Below are positions 26,326 through 34,505 of a DNA stretch of 40,305 nt, piece after piece; position 1 is the first letter of the stretch; each line of letters opens with the position of its first letter. A model generated the notes under the pieces. The model searched no databases and was not told the DNA's origin. It worked only from the letters and a program-made list of their open reading frames with translations. The DNA is from Patescibacteria group bacterium (lineage in GTDB: Bacteria > Patescibacteriota > Microgenomatia > JAADGY01): assembly GCA_024277325.1 (NCBI GenBank), contig JAJRVN010000050.1:1-40305 (forward strand), read 5' to 3'. The position numbers and the translations under genes are program-made.

Positions 26326-28143
26326 TTATTGTTTTGCTTCTTGTTTTTGTTTGAGTATCTCTTTGGGTTTCGTGGTTATGATTTTGTGCTCTTCGGGGGA
26401 AGCAACTATTTTTATGGCCACATGGTTAGAGCCGGCAAAAAAGATACCTTCGCCGATCCCGGCCGAAAGCAATAACTTCCTTTCCCCTCTGGATAAATAG
26501 AAGGTTTTTGCTATCTTGTCAATTGCCGGCGGCGATTGCTTCATTAGTAGTTGAATGGCTGAGTTATTAATTATCGACGATCCGTAAGCTGAACCTAAAA
26601 AGTCCTCGACATCTTGGGTTATGGTGGTCACTCCCAGGTAATACTTCCTTGCTCGCTTGGTGATCGATCTTAAAAACCGGGCCGATCCGGCGTATTGCAT
26701 CAAGTACCAGGCCTCATCAACAACCAACAGCCTCTTTTTAAACCGCTTCCTAACCTCGTTCCAAATAAAGTCCAAGATTATAAACATGGCTGCTGGGCGC
26801 AACTCGTCCTCAACCCCTCTTATGGAAAAAACCGTCAGCGGCGACGACATGTCGATGTTTGACGGAGCGTTAAAGATGTCGGCCAAGCCGCCCTTAATAA
26901 ACCTCTCCATTCTCAATCCAAGCTTTCGGCCGGTCTCGGTTTCGTAACCGATTAAAACCTTGTAAAGATCTTCCATTAATGGAGGTTTTTTACTCTGACT
27001 GGTTGGGTCGGGGGTTATGCCGTAGGATTTATAGGTCCTAACAATGGCTCGGTCAATCAGGGCAGACTCTTCTGGTGACAACTTGCCCATGATCACCTCC
27101 ATTAGCGAGTGTAAAAACATCACTTTTTGACCCAAAACATCCTCGTCCTCAATTTTATTAACTGATAAATCAAATGGGTTGATTTTGTTCACTGAGTTTT
27201 TAGAGAAGTCAAAGTAATTACCTTGGTTTACTTGGGAAAGCAGCTTGTATTCATCTTCGGGATCGATGATAATCACGCTCGTATCCAAAAGCAAAGACCT
27301 TAAAACCTCGAGTTTGACCGCGTAAGACTTGCCGGCGCCAGATGTGGCAAAAACCGTCATATTGGCATTTTCCAAGGAAAAGCGATCAAAAATAACTAGT
27401 GACTCATTGTGTTCGTTAATCCCGTACATAACCCCCTTGTCATCAGAAAGCTCTGATGAGGTAAACGGAAAGGTGGTCGCTAGTGAGGTTGTGTCCATGT
27501 TTCTTTTAATGTCTAAAATGTCTTTGCCTATGGGGATAGTCGTGTTAAAACCATCAAACATTTGTAAGGTCGCCCGTTTAGCCACTACCATAATCGAGCC
27601 GAGTGTTGAGATCACCTGTTCCGAAACCACCTTAAGCTCTTTAAGGTTTTGGGCATAAACCGTGATGTATAAGCCAAATAAGAAAAACCTCTCCATGCCT
27701 TTAACTAGCTGTTCTTGTAATGAGCGGGCGTCTTCTAATTTTGCTTGCGTCCCCGGATCGACCGCTTTACCCCGTTGTAGATTGTTGGTTATTTCTGCCT
27801 CCATTTCGGCAATCTTCCGCCTCAGGTCGTCTAAAACAGCCCTGCCTTCGACCGGTTGGATATGCATGCTGACGTCGATTGTGTGTTGAAAGTTAATCAG
27901 CGGTATCAACCAGTTCGAGGAAACGTATCTTGGGTACCCAGAAACGAACAGGACTTGGGCATAAACACCGCCGATCTTGAGGTAATTAAAGTCTTCTTCT
28001 ATGGCCGGCGGGGCAATAACGTCTTGAAGGTCAACAACCCCTTTGGCCAACGCCTGCATCACTTGTCGCCGACTGTCTTCGCCGACTTGGTCAACTACTT
28101 TCTTCGGCTTGTTTTTTGACTTAAAAAACAAAGGCAACTTCAT
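26326..28143 (-). CDS. virB4: VirB4/TrbE-class type IV secretion ATPase
   Basis: 605 aa. Walker A VFATSGAGKSYAVK (~27322-27345); Walker B LLVVDEAWYLM (~26706-26735); C-terminal TQDVEDF and FFAGSNHVAIKIVASPEE motifs typical of VirB4-like/DUF87 ATPases. Confidence 0.85.
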   Translation of the reverse strand: MKLPLFFKSKNKPKKVVDQVGEDSRRQVMQALAKGVVDLQDVIAPPAIEEDFNYLKIGGVYAQVLFVSGYPRYVSSNWLIPLINFQHTIDVSMHIQPVEGRAVLDDLRRKIAEMEAEITNNLQRGKAVDPGTQAKLEDARSLQEQLVKGMERFFLFGLYITVYAQNLKELKVVSEQVISTLGSIMVVAKRATLQMFDGFNTTIPIGKDILDIKRNMDTTSLATTFPFTSSELSDDKGVMYGINEHNESLVIFDRFSLENANMTVFATSGAGKSYAVKLEVLRSLLLDTSVIIIDPEDEYKLLSQVNQGNYFDFSKNSVNKINPFDLSVNKIEDEDVLGQKVMFLHSLMEVIMGKLSPEESALIDRAIVRTYKSYGITPDPTSQSKKPPLMEDLYKVLIGYETETGRKLGLRMERFIKGGLADIFNAPSNIDMSSPLTVFSIRGVEDELRPAAMFIILDFIWNEVRKRFKKRLLVVDEAWYLMQYAGSARFLRSITKRARKYYLGVTTITQDVEDFLGSAYGSSIINNSAIQLLMKQSPPAIDKIAKTFYLSRGERKLLLSAGIGEGIFFAGSNHVAIKIVASPEEHKIITTKPKEILKQKQEAKQ

Positions 28144-28219
28144 GTTTTTAGTCTAGCACATTTTCGGCCACGAGCTCCCGATAAAAACTTTTTTAGCGCC
28201 TAAAAACAAAGCTGATTGT

Positions 28220-29332
28220 TTATTCCTGGATATTGATCGGCATTAAAACATGCTTGTAGTCATCGACCTCGATTGGTCTTATTAGTATTGGTCTGATCTT
28301 GTCATTTATGCCGATGGCTACATGCTCTTCATCTATTACCCCAATGACTTCTTGGAGGTATTTGCCATTAATCGCAACTTCTAAGCCATCGGCCCGACCA
28401 CTAACCTCAGCGTCCACCCCCACATCGACTTGGCCGTGAATCGGCGACTTGGCCGACAATTCGATTTTCTTGGCCGCCAGTTTTATGTTGATGATATTAC
28501 TATTCTCCCGCGCCATGATCATAACCACAGCCAACCTCTGACTCAAAAGAGATCTGTCAACAACCACCTCCACCCTGGTGTTTTTCGGAATTATGGTTTG
28601 GTACTCGGGGAACTTGCCTTCTATCAGTTGGGAAATGATGTTGATCTCGATATCGTCTTTTTTGTAAGTTGCGGTAATTTGCTTGTTTTTAGCGTTCAGG
28701 CCAAGCTTGATGTCACCATCCATCATTTGAATCACTTGATGAGCGAAGGTGGTCGGAATAACCGCGTTCCCCAATTTAGGAATCTTGGTTTTAAAAACGG
28801 ACAACCTAACCCCATCGGTAGTAACCGCCTCTACCCCGTCGGAATAATCAGTAACTTTAATCCCTGTTAATACCGGCCGAATCTCGTCTTTTGAAGTCGA
28901 AAAGGCTGTCTTTTTTACCATGTCCTCTATATCCTTTTTAGCTACGTCAATTAACCCCTCTGAACTGATTTCTGGAAAGCGAGGGTATTCTTTCGTATCA
29001 TCTTTATTAATCTTAATCTCTTGATTACCGCTTTTTATCATTAGGTAGTTCTCGCTACCTTCTATCTCGACCTTGTCTCCCGCAACCGCTCTAATTGTGT
29101 CCATTAACACTTTACCACTCACTAATCCCGCCCCACTTTTCATCACCTTGGCCCCAAATTTGATCTCACCACCGATTTCAAGGTCGGTTGCTCGAAGAAC
29201 AACTTGGTTGTTGTCGGCTGTCGCTTCTACGTATACATTGGTCAGGACGGGGATCTGTGGCCTTGATGGTACGAGGCGGACAACATTACTTAAATGCTTG
29301 GTTATTTTGTTTTTAACAACAGTAACTTTCAT
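28220..29332 (-). CDS. dnaN: DNA polymerase III beta sliding clamp
   Basis: 370 aa. LSNVVRLVPSRPQIPVLTNVYVEA...LRATDLEIG, three-domain length, and a position directly downstream of dnaA. Confidence 0.9.
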   Translation of the reverse strand: MKVTVVKNKITKHLSNVVRLVPSRPQIPVLTNVYVEATADNNQVVLRATDLEIGGEIKFGAKVMKSGAGLVSGKVLMDTIRAVAGDKVEIEGSENYLMIKSGNQEIKINKDDTKEYPRFPEISSEGLIDVAKKDIEDMVKKTAFSTSKDEIRPVLTGIKVTDYSDGVEAVTTDGVRLSVFKTKIPKLGNAVIPTTFAHQVIQMMDGDIKLGLNAKNKQITATYKKDDIEINIISQLIEGKFPEYQTIIPKNTRVEVVVDRSLLSQRLAVVMIMARENSNIINIKLAAKKIELSAKSPIHGQVDVGVDAEVSGRADGLEVAINGKYLQEVIGVIDEEHVAIGINDKIRPILIRPIEVDDYKHVLMPINIQE

Positions 29333-29463
29333 ACCTATATATTATACTAGTATTAGTAATAGTCCAGTGCAAAAAAGGCTAAGGTGGCGGGATTAAGGGT
29401 GATCTAATGGTGGAAAAGGTTGTTGAAAGCCCTGTTGAAAAGATGTGTAAAAATGTGGAAAAC
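29333..29463. promoter_or_regulatory. dnaA-dnaN spacer: candidate oriC half with an AT-rich unwinding element and imperfect DnaA boxes
   Basis: The AT-rich run 29333-29366 has 8 G/C in 34 nt. Same-orientation boxes: GGTGGAAAA (29409-29417), TGTGTAAAA (29444-29452) and TGTGGAAAA (29454-29462), against the consensus TGTGGATAA. Direct repeat TGTTGAAA at 29421-29428 and 29433-29440. Confidence 0.5.
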
Positions 29464-30828
29464 TCAACCAATAAGGCCGCCTTTTATAGAGAGGATGGCC
29501 TTTTGTATGCGAGGGTTGGTTTTAAACATTTTTTGGATTTTATCCACACTATGAATGACGGTTGAGTGGTCTTTTCCACCAAAGTAGTTGCCGATTTCAA
29601 CATACGACATTTTTAGCTCCTGCCGACAGAGGTACATGGCCACTTGGCGGGCCATGGCGATACCGGCCTGGCGCGACTTTCCTTTTATATCTCGGACAGT
29701 GATATTGAAATAATTGGCCGAGGCCTTGACGATTCGTTTAATGTCGGTTTTTGAGTGGAAGCGCCGCTTACCCCCGAGTATTGACTTAATGGTTTCGTCA
29801 TCGACACGACGAGACATCTTAATTAATGTTGATATTTTTAAGATGGCCCCCTCAATCTCTCTAACATTATCGAATGGGTAGGTTGAGATAAGTTCAATAG
29901 CTTGAGGCTCTAGGCTTAAGTTGTGATGTATGACTTTTTGGGTGACGATACCCCGTCTGGTTTCGTAGTCGAGTGGCTGTATGTCTATGGTTAATCCCCC
30001 CTTAAAACGGGAAATTATTCTTTGGGGAAGTCCGCTTATCTCATCCGGCGGACTGTCAGCAGTAACGATAACTTGCTTATTATTCATATAAAGACTATTG
30101 AAGGTGTGGAAAAACTCCTCTTGGACAAAGGTTTTTCCGGCAATAAACTGAATATCATCAACCAAGAGAACATCAGCACTTCTGTACTTGTTTTTGTACT
30201 TATCCATGCGCTGTTTTCTAATGGCGGCAACCAAGTCGTTAGTGAACTCTTCTGAGGTTATGTACAAGAGCTTAAGGCTCGGGTTGTTTTTGGTAATGTC
30301 ATGGGCGATGGCTTGGATTAAGTGGGTTTTCCCCAACCCAACCCCACCAAACAAAAAGAAAGGGTTGTAAACATTGCCCGGGTTTTTGGCGATTGTTTGG
30401 GCGGCGACAACAGCAACTTGGTTACTTGGGCCGATGATGAAGTTTCTGAAGGTATAATTTGGGTTTAGTTTTATCTGCCGACCGCGCCTTGAGGTTTTGC
30501 TAGGCGAGGCCATTGGTCGGTTTATTAGGCTTGGCTGCTTGGTTCGGTCGGTCGCCTGACTAGAAACGACGAAGACAAACTTAACCCGGTTGCTTCCCAG
30601 AAGTCGTCGGCCAACCTTGTTGATTGACGGCAAGAAGCGAGACTCTATAGTTGTTTTTATGAAGCTACTTGGGCAGCTAACCTCAATAGTTGGTTGTCCG
30701 TTCGAGTGAGCGGTGCGGCATTGTTTGGTCTTAGCGAACCAGACGTTAAAACTGGCCGGGGAGATTTCCGTTTCTAATTCTGACAAGATCGAGCTCCACA
30801 AACCGTCCAGCTTTTTTGCAAATGACAT
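29464..30828 (-). CDS. dnaA: Chromosomal replication initiator DnaA
   Basis: GGVGLGKTHLIQAI (Walker A), LLVDDIQFIAGK (Walker B), and the C-terminal DNA-binding helix GGKDHSTVIHSVDKI. Confidence 0.95.
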   Translation of the reverse strand: MSFAKKLDGLWSSILSELETEISPASFNVWFAKTKQCRTAHSNGQPTIEVSCPSSFIKTTIESRFLPSINKVGRRLLGSNRVKFVFVVSSQATDRTKQPSLINRPMASPSKTSRRGRQIKLNPNYTFRNFIIGPSNQVAVVAAQTIAKNPGNVYNPFFLFGGVGLGKTHLIQAIAHDITKNNPSLKLLYITSEEFTNDLVAAIRKQRMDKYKNKYRSADVLLVDDIQFIAGKTFVQEEFFHTFNSLYMNNKQVIVTADSPPDEISGLPQRIISRFKGGLTIDIQPLDYETRRGIVTQKVIHHNLSLEPQAIELISTYPFDNVREIEGAILKISTLIKMSRRVDDETIKSILGGKRRFHSKTDIKRIVKASANYFNITVRDIKGKSRQAGIAMARQVAMYLCRQELKMSYVEIGNYFGGKDHSTVIHSVDKIQKMFKTNPRIQKAILSIKGGLIG

Positions 30829-30991
30829 AGATATTGTTTATATAAACAATTTTCCACAAAATGTCAAGAACTGTGGATAATGAAACAGACCAAATAGCTT
30901 TTTGTGAATTTGTTAATCAGCCCAACCGCAAGCCACTTTTTCAAATTGACGTTTTCTGTTAAACTGTTTACATGCTTAAAAGGAGGCATGT
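30829..30991. promoter_or_regulatory. dnaA-upstream region: DnaA boxes, dnaA promoter and an 18-bp perfect palindrome (oriC/autoregulation candidate)
   Basis: Perfect DnaA box TGTGGATAA (30872-30880). TTTTCCACA (30850-30858) has 1 mismatch and the opposite orientation. Perfect palindrome ATTGTTTATATAAACAAT (30833-30850) ends 4 nt from the dnaA ATG. Confidence 0.6.
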
Positions 30992-31129
30992 ATGATTAAA
31001 CGGACGTGGCAACCAAAAAAAAGAAAGCGACAAAAAACTCACGGCTTTAGGTCAAGAATGGCCACTAATCAAGGTCGTCAAGTGATCAAAAGGCGCCAAC
31101 AAAAGCAACGAACAAGGTTGACGGTTTAA
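30992..31129 (+). CDS. rpmH: 50S ribosomal protein L34 (below the ORF-track cutoff; found manually)
   Basis: Manual translation: [45 protein letters not shown]. An AGGAGG ribosome-binding site lies at 30981-30986. Canonical position opposite dnaA. Confidence 0.9.
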   Translation: MIKRTWQPKKRKRQKTHGFRSRMATNQGRQVIKRRQQKQRTRLTV

Positions 31130-31139
31130 AAAGGGAGCG

Positions 31140-31340
31140 ATGTTGGTGGTTTACAAAACGATAAGTTTGTGGTTAAGGTCGCTGTTTTATGGGCTTGGAC
31201 TATCTCCATTAAGTTGTCGCCAGACGCCAAGCTGCTCGGCTTATGCCCAAAAGATGATCAAAGAAAAAGGCCTGTTTTTAGGGGTGGTTTTATCGACTAA
31301 GAGAATATTAAGTTGCCAACCGCGGTTTAATAAACGATGA
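31140..31340 (+). CDS. yidD: Membrane protein insertion efficiency factor YidD
   Basis: SPLSCRQTPSCSAYAQKMIKEKGLFLGVVLSTKRILSCQP matches the YidD Cys pattern (C-x-x-x-P-S-C-S...R...C-x-P). A GGGAG ribosome-binding site lies upstream. Confidence 0.8.
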   Translation: MLVVYKTISLWLRSLFYGLGLSPLSCRQTPSCSAYAQKMIKEKGLFLGVVLSTKRILSCQPRFNKR

Positions 31341-32005
31341 TAATCAATACTTTTTCATGGTTGTGGCACACACTTGTCGAGCAACCAATGGTCATTGCCT
31401 TGGTTTTTTTATCGGCCAAGATCGGACTTGGTTGGGGAATTGTGATTTTAACCAGTCTTATCAAGTTGTTGACCTGGCCGTTCAATTTGGCTTCCTATAA
31501 GCACTCGCAGCAAATGGCGGCGCTTCAACCGGAAATTGAAAAGCTTAAAGACAAACACAAGGGTAATCCCCAAAAACTAGCCAAAGCCCAGGCCCAGCTT
31601 TTTAAGCAGAAAGGGATCTCGCCGGCCGCCGGTTGTTTGCCGGGAATCGGCCAGTTTATATTAATAATTGCCCTTTACAGAGTTTTGCTTTTTCAGATAA
31701 ATAACTTTGCCGGCATGACGGACTGGTTTTGGCTTGACCTCACTCAGCCGGATAAATATTTTATTCTCCCGATCTTGGCCGGCGTGGCCCAGTTTTTAAG
31801 CAGCTTCTTCATGCCGGAAATTAAAACCGCCTCAGCCCAGATAAACCAAAAGCAACTGATGATGTTTATGTCGGTTTTTATCATTTTCATTGCTGCTCGG
31901 TTTCCGTCGGGGATTGCTCTATATTGGGTGATCAGCTCAACTTGGGTTCTTATCCAACAAGTTATAATTAGAAAGGATTTATGGAAGAAACAATCAAAAA
32001 AATAA
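31337..32005 (+). CDS. yidC: Membrane protein insertase YidC (short, Oxa1-like form)
   Basis: ATGA overlap with yidD. LTWPFNLASYKHSQQMAALQPEIEKLKDKHKGNPQKLAKAQAQLFKQKGISPAAGCLP and FPSGIALYWVISS are YidC core motifs. Confidence 0.85.
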   Translation: MIINTFSWLWHTLVEQPMVIALVFLSAKIGLGWGIVILTSLIKLLTWPFNLASYKHSQQMAALQPEIEKLKDKHKGNPQKLAKAQAQLFKQKGISPAAGCLPGIGQFILIIALYRVLLFQINNFAGMTDWFWLDLTQPDKYFILPILAGVAQFLSSFFMPEIKTASAQINQKQLMMFMSVFIIFIAARFPSGIALYWVISSTWVLIQQVIIRKDLWKKQSKK

Positions 32006-32445
32006 TCAATGAAGTTGTTACCTTTTTAACCGAAGCGCCGGCGGATATCAAAATTAATAAAAAAAGCGACGAGGAAATTCATATAGACATTTCCGTTAAA
32101 GACGCTGCTCAACTGATCGGCCGAGGCGGACAGACAATCGCCGCCATTCGCTTGGTGGCTAGCCTACTGATTCGGCAGGCCTTAGATTTCAACGGTCGTC
32201 TTTATCTTGACATTAATAACTACTACAAAAACAAGGACGAGGAGCTCTTAAACAAAATTAGGCAAATAGTTGACGAGGTGATAAGCCAGGGGGTTGCCCG
32301 CCAGGTTTTTTATCTCAATCCCAGACAGCGAAGACTGGTTCATGTTTTTTGCGATGGGGTGGACGGAGTTGTGACCAGATCCGAAGACTCTAATCGAGGC
32401 CGAGTTTTAATCATTGAGCCGTCAGGCCAAAACAACAACGTTTAA
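31981..32445 (+). CDS. jag: KH/R3H-domain RNA-binding protein (Jag/KhpB-like)
   Basis: KH-like LIGRGGQTIAAIR and R3H-like LNPRQRRLVHVF. Canonical position after yidC. Confidence 0.75.
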   Translation: MEETIKKIINEVVTFLTEAPADIKINKKSDEEIHIDISVKDAAQLIGRGGQTIAAIRLVASLLIRQALDFNGRLYLDINNYYKNKDEELLNKIRQIVDEVISQGVARQVFYLNPRQRRLVHVFCDGVDGVVTRSEDSNRGRVLIIEPSGQNNNV

Positions 32446-32449
32446 AATT

Positions 32450-33553
32450 ATGGAACCAAGCGCCGCCAGCGGTGTCCGACTGCCAAAAGCAAACAAAACA
32501 GCTGTGTGGTTGGTGTTGATGGGCGTAACCCTTATTCCAATTGGTTGGCGATTTAACATAATGCCCGGCCAGTGGGAGTTTACCGGATACACGATTTTAC
32601 CCATTGATGTCTTTTTAATGTTTTTTTGGCTGTCTGACTTGATTGAGCGTTGGCGAGTCAGGTCAACCGACCACCTGATTACCTTATCATTAGTCGCTTT
32701 GTTTTTTTATCCTATTGCCATTTATTTCATCCGGCCGATTATTATAGCTATTGTTATCAGTCGGCTGCTAAAGGATAAGGGGTTGTCGGCCCAAGGCCAA
32801 AATCGGGTGGCTGGTTTTTACTTGGCGTTCTTGGCCGGGTTGGTGATTTTATCGTTTTTATTTCTCAACCTGACGGCCGGCGGGGTTTTTACCGGCTTTA
32901 TCTTTGGCCAAAAAATATTTTGGCCGGCCCTGATTTGGGGGCACCCCAACATAGTGGCCGCTTTAATTTTTTGCTTGGCGGTTCTGGCCACGAGCGCCAT
33001 AAGGAAAAACAAGTTGTTATTAGTCTTGGTCCTGGCCGGGGTTTTGGTAACCGGCTCTGTCGCCGCCACCGCCGCCACGGTTACTTGGCTTTTTTTAAAC
33101 CTGAAACCAACCAGAAAAACCAAGTTTCTCGGCCTTCTTTTTTTGGCGGTGGCGGCCACCTCACTCAACTCCGACAGCCTAATTAACCGAGCCGTTTTTC
33201 CAATGGTTAGCTCGATAAAACAAGTTTTCTTTGGCTTGGGACCGAGCGGTTTCTTGAGCGGGAGCGATAAGGTGGTGGCGTGGCCGGATAAAATCGCGTC
33301 TTATTGGTATTGGCAGCCTTTTGCCAACATTATCCTCAACTTGTTTAGTGTTTTTGGTCTGGTCGGAGTGGCGGCAACAGCCTTTATCTTTAAAAAAACC
33401 TATAGCCGAGCCGGTGTTTTTCAAAAATATTTTTTAATTATTATCCTAGCTTGGCTGTTTATAGACCACACCTTCTTGACCCAACCAAACCTGCAAACCA
33501 TGGCCGTTTTCAGCTACTTCAGCCTAAGAAGCTTAAATGGGAATAAGGTTTAG
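32450..33553 (+). CDS. Polytopic membrane protein, possibly O-antigen ligase/Wzy-like (uncertain)
   Basis: About 10 hydrophobic segments. ATG 32450 lies 4 nt after the jag stop; the ORF is also open from 32414. The family assignment is a guess from topology. Confidence 0.4.
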   Translation: MEPSAASGVRLPKANKTAVWLVLMGVTLIPIGWRFNIMPGQWEFTGYTILPIDVFLMFFWLSDLIERWRVRSTDHLITLSLVALFFYPIAIYFIRPIIIAIVISRLLKDKGLSAQGQNRVAGFYLAFLAGLVILSFLFLNLTAGGVFTGFIFGQKIFWPALIWGHPNIVAALIFCLAVLATSAIRKNKLLLVLVLAGVLVTGSVAATAATVTWLFLNLKPTRKTKFLGLLFLAVAATSLNSDSLINRAVFPMVSSIKQVFFGLGPSGFLSGSDKVVAWPDKIASYWYWQPFANIILNLFSVFGLVGVAATAFIFKKTYSRAGVFQKYFLIIILAWLFIDHTFLTQPNLQTMAVFSYFSLRSLNGNKV

Positions 33554-33583
33554 TTTTCAGGTTATAATAAGCCAGGAGGTTTT

Positions 33584-34279
33584 ATGCCGGATATTTATAG
33601 ATCTAAACGATTAAAACGTAAAAACAGCCAAAACTCAATCCCAAAAGAAGTCAAAACCGAATCAATTATTGAAGATCTCAAAAAAGAGGTTAAGGAAAAG
33701 CGCAGCTTTTTAAACCTGTTTTTGATCGCCCCACCGGATGAGGGGTTTGATATCCAAGACAAGAACGAGCAGATAATTATTTTTGTTCGGCCCCACTGGC
33801 TAACCACGATCCGTTGGCTGGCCACCACCCTGGGATTTATTGTTTTACCGGCCTTAATCAAGCCACTGATCCCGGCCGAGATTTATTTTTTTGCCGGTCG
33901 GTTTATTGAGGCGGGCTTAATTTTATGGTACTTATTTACACTGGCTTATCTGTTGAGAAATTTTTTAGGTTGGTACTATGATGTTTATTTTGTTACCGAC
34001 GAAAGAGTGGTAAGTGTTGAGTTTGTCAATATGATGCAAAAAATGGTTTCTGACACAAGGGTGGACAGGATACAAGATATTGCCTTGTCCCAAAAAGGTT
34101 TTTTCCAATCAATGTTTAATTATGGTGATGTTTTAATCCAAACAGCGGCCGAGGTTTCCTTGTTTACTTTTAAAAATATTCCCCACCCCCAAAGCGTGGT
34201 TGAGGCCCTCCAGCGCTTAATCTTACAGGAAGAGGCCGAGTTTTATAACCAGAAAACAAGGGAGGTTGACAATGTCTGA
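33584..34279 (+). CDS. Membrane protein with a bacterial PH (bPH_2/YdbT-like) domain
   Basis: TATAAT plus an AGGAGG ribosome-binding site upstream. Two transmembrane segments followed by YFVTDERVVSVEFVNMMQKMVSDTRVDRIQDIALSQKGFFQSMFNYGDVLIQT, which fits the bPH pattern. Confidence 0.5.
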   Translation: MPDIYRSKRLKRKNSQNSIPKEVKTESIIEDLKKEVKEKRSFLNLFLIAPPDEGFDIQDKNEQIIIFVRPHWLTTIRWLATTLGFIVLPALIKPLIPAEIYFFAGRFIEAGLILWYLFTLAYLLRNFLGWYYDVYFVTDERVVSVEFVNMMQKMVSDTRVDRIQDIALSQKGFFQSMFNYGDVLIQTAAEVSLFTFKNIPHPQSVVEALQRLILQEEAEFYNQKTREVDNV

Positions 34280-34505
34280 GTATTACGATTTAGCCACGAT
34301 GGGTGTTGGGGTTTTCTTTAAGATAGGCTTTATGCTTATTAACCTGATTCTGGTTGGTTTTGGTGTTTTGTTGGTTAAACAAGTTAGTTTAATGGCTAAA
34401 ACCATTAAAGACCCGCTCAACTTTAAACTACAACTTGTTTCTTGGATTTATTTATTTTTAGTCGTTATTAATTTAATCTTTTTATTCTATTACTTAGAAC
34501 TTTAA
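34266..34505 (+). CDS. Small two-TM membrane protein (79 aa)
   Basis: Overlaps both neighbours (operon-like). It has two hydrophobic helices. No family recognised. Confidence 0.4.
   Translation: MTMSEYYDLATMGVGVFFKIGFMLINLILVGFGVLLVKQVSLMAKTIKDPLNFKLQLVSWIYLFLVVINLIFLFYYLEL

Noticed and set aside
8226-28143. Interpretation of the T4SS-like block as an integrated conjugative element or plasmid remnant
   Set aside because: The window has no relaxase, coupling ATPase, integrase/recombinase, flanking tRNA or flanking direct repeats. The block is interrupted by ychF, gmk and rplY, and the giant genes have core-like GC content.
28430-28870. 146-aa plus-strand ORF inside dnaN (similar cases occur inside virB4, dnaA and lysS)
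   Set aside because: These ORFs are antisense to strongly supported conserved genes and contain no recognisable motifs.
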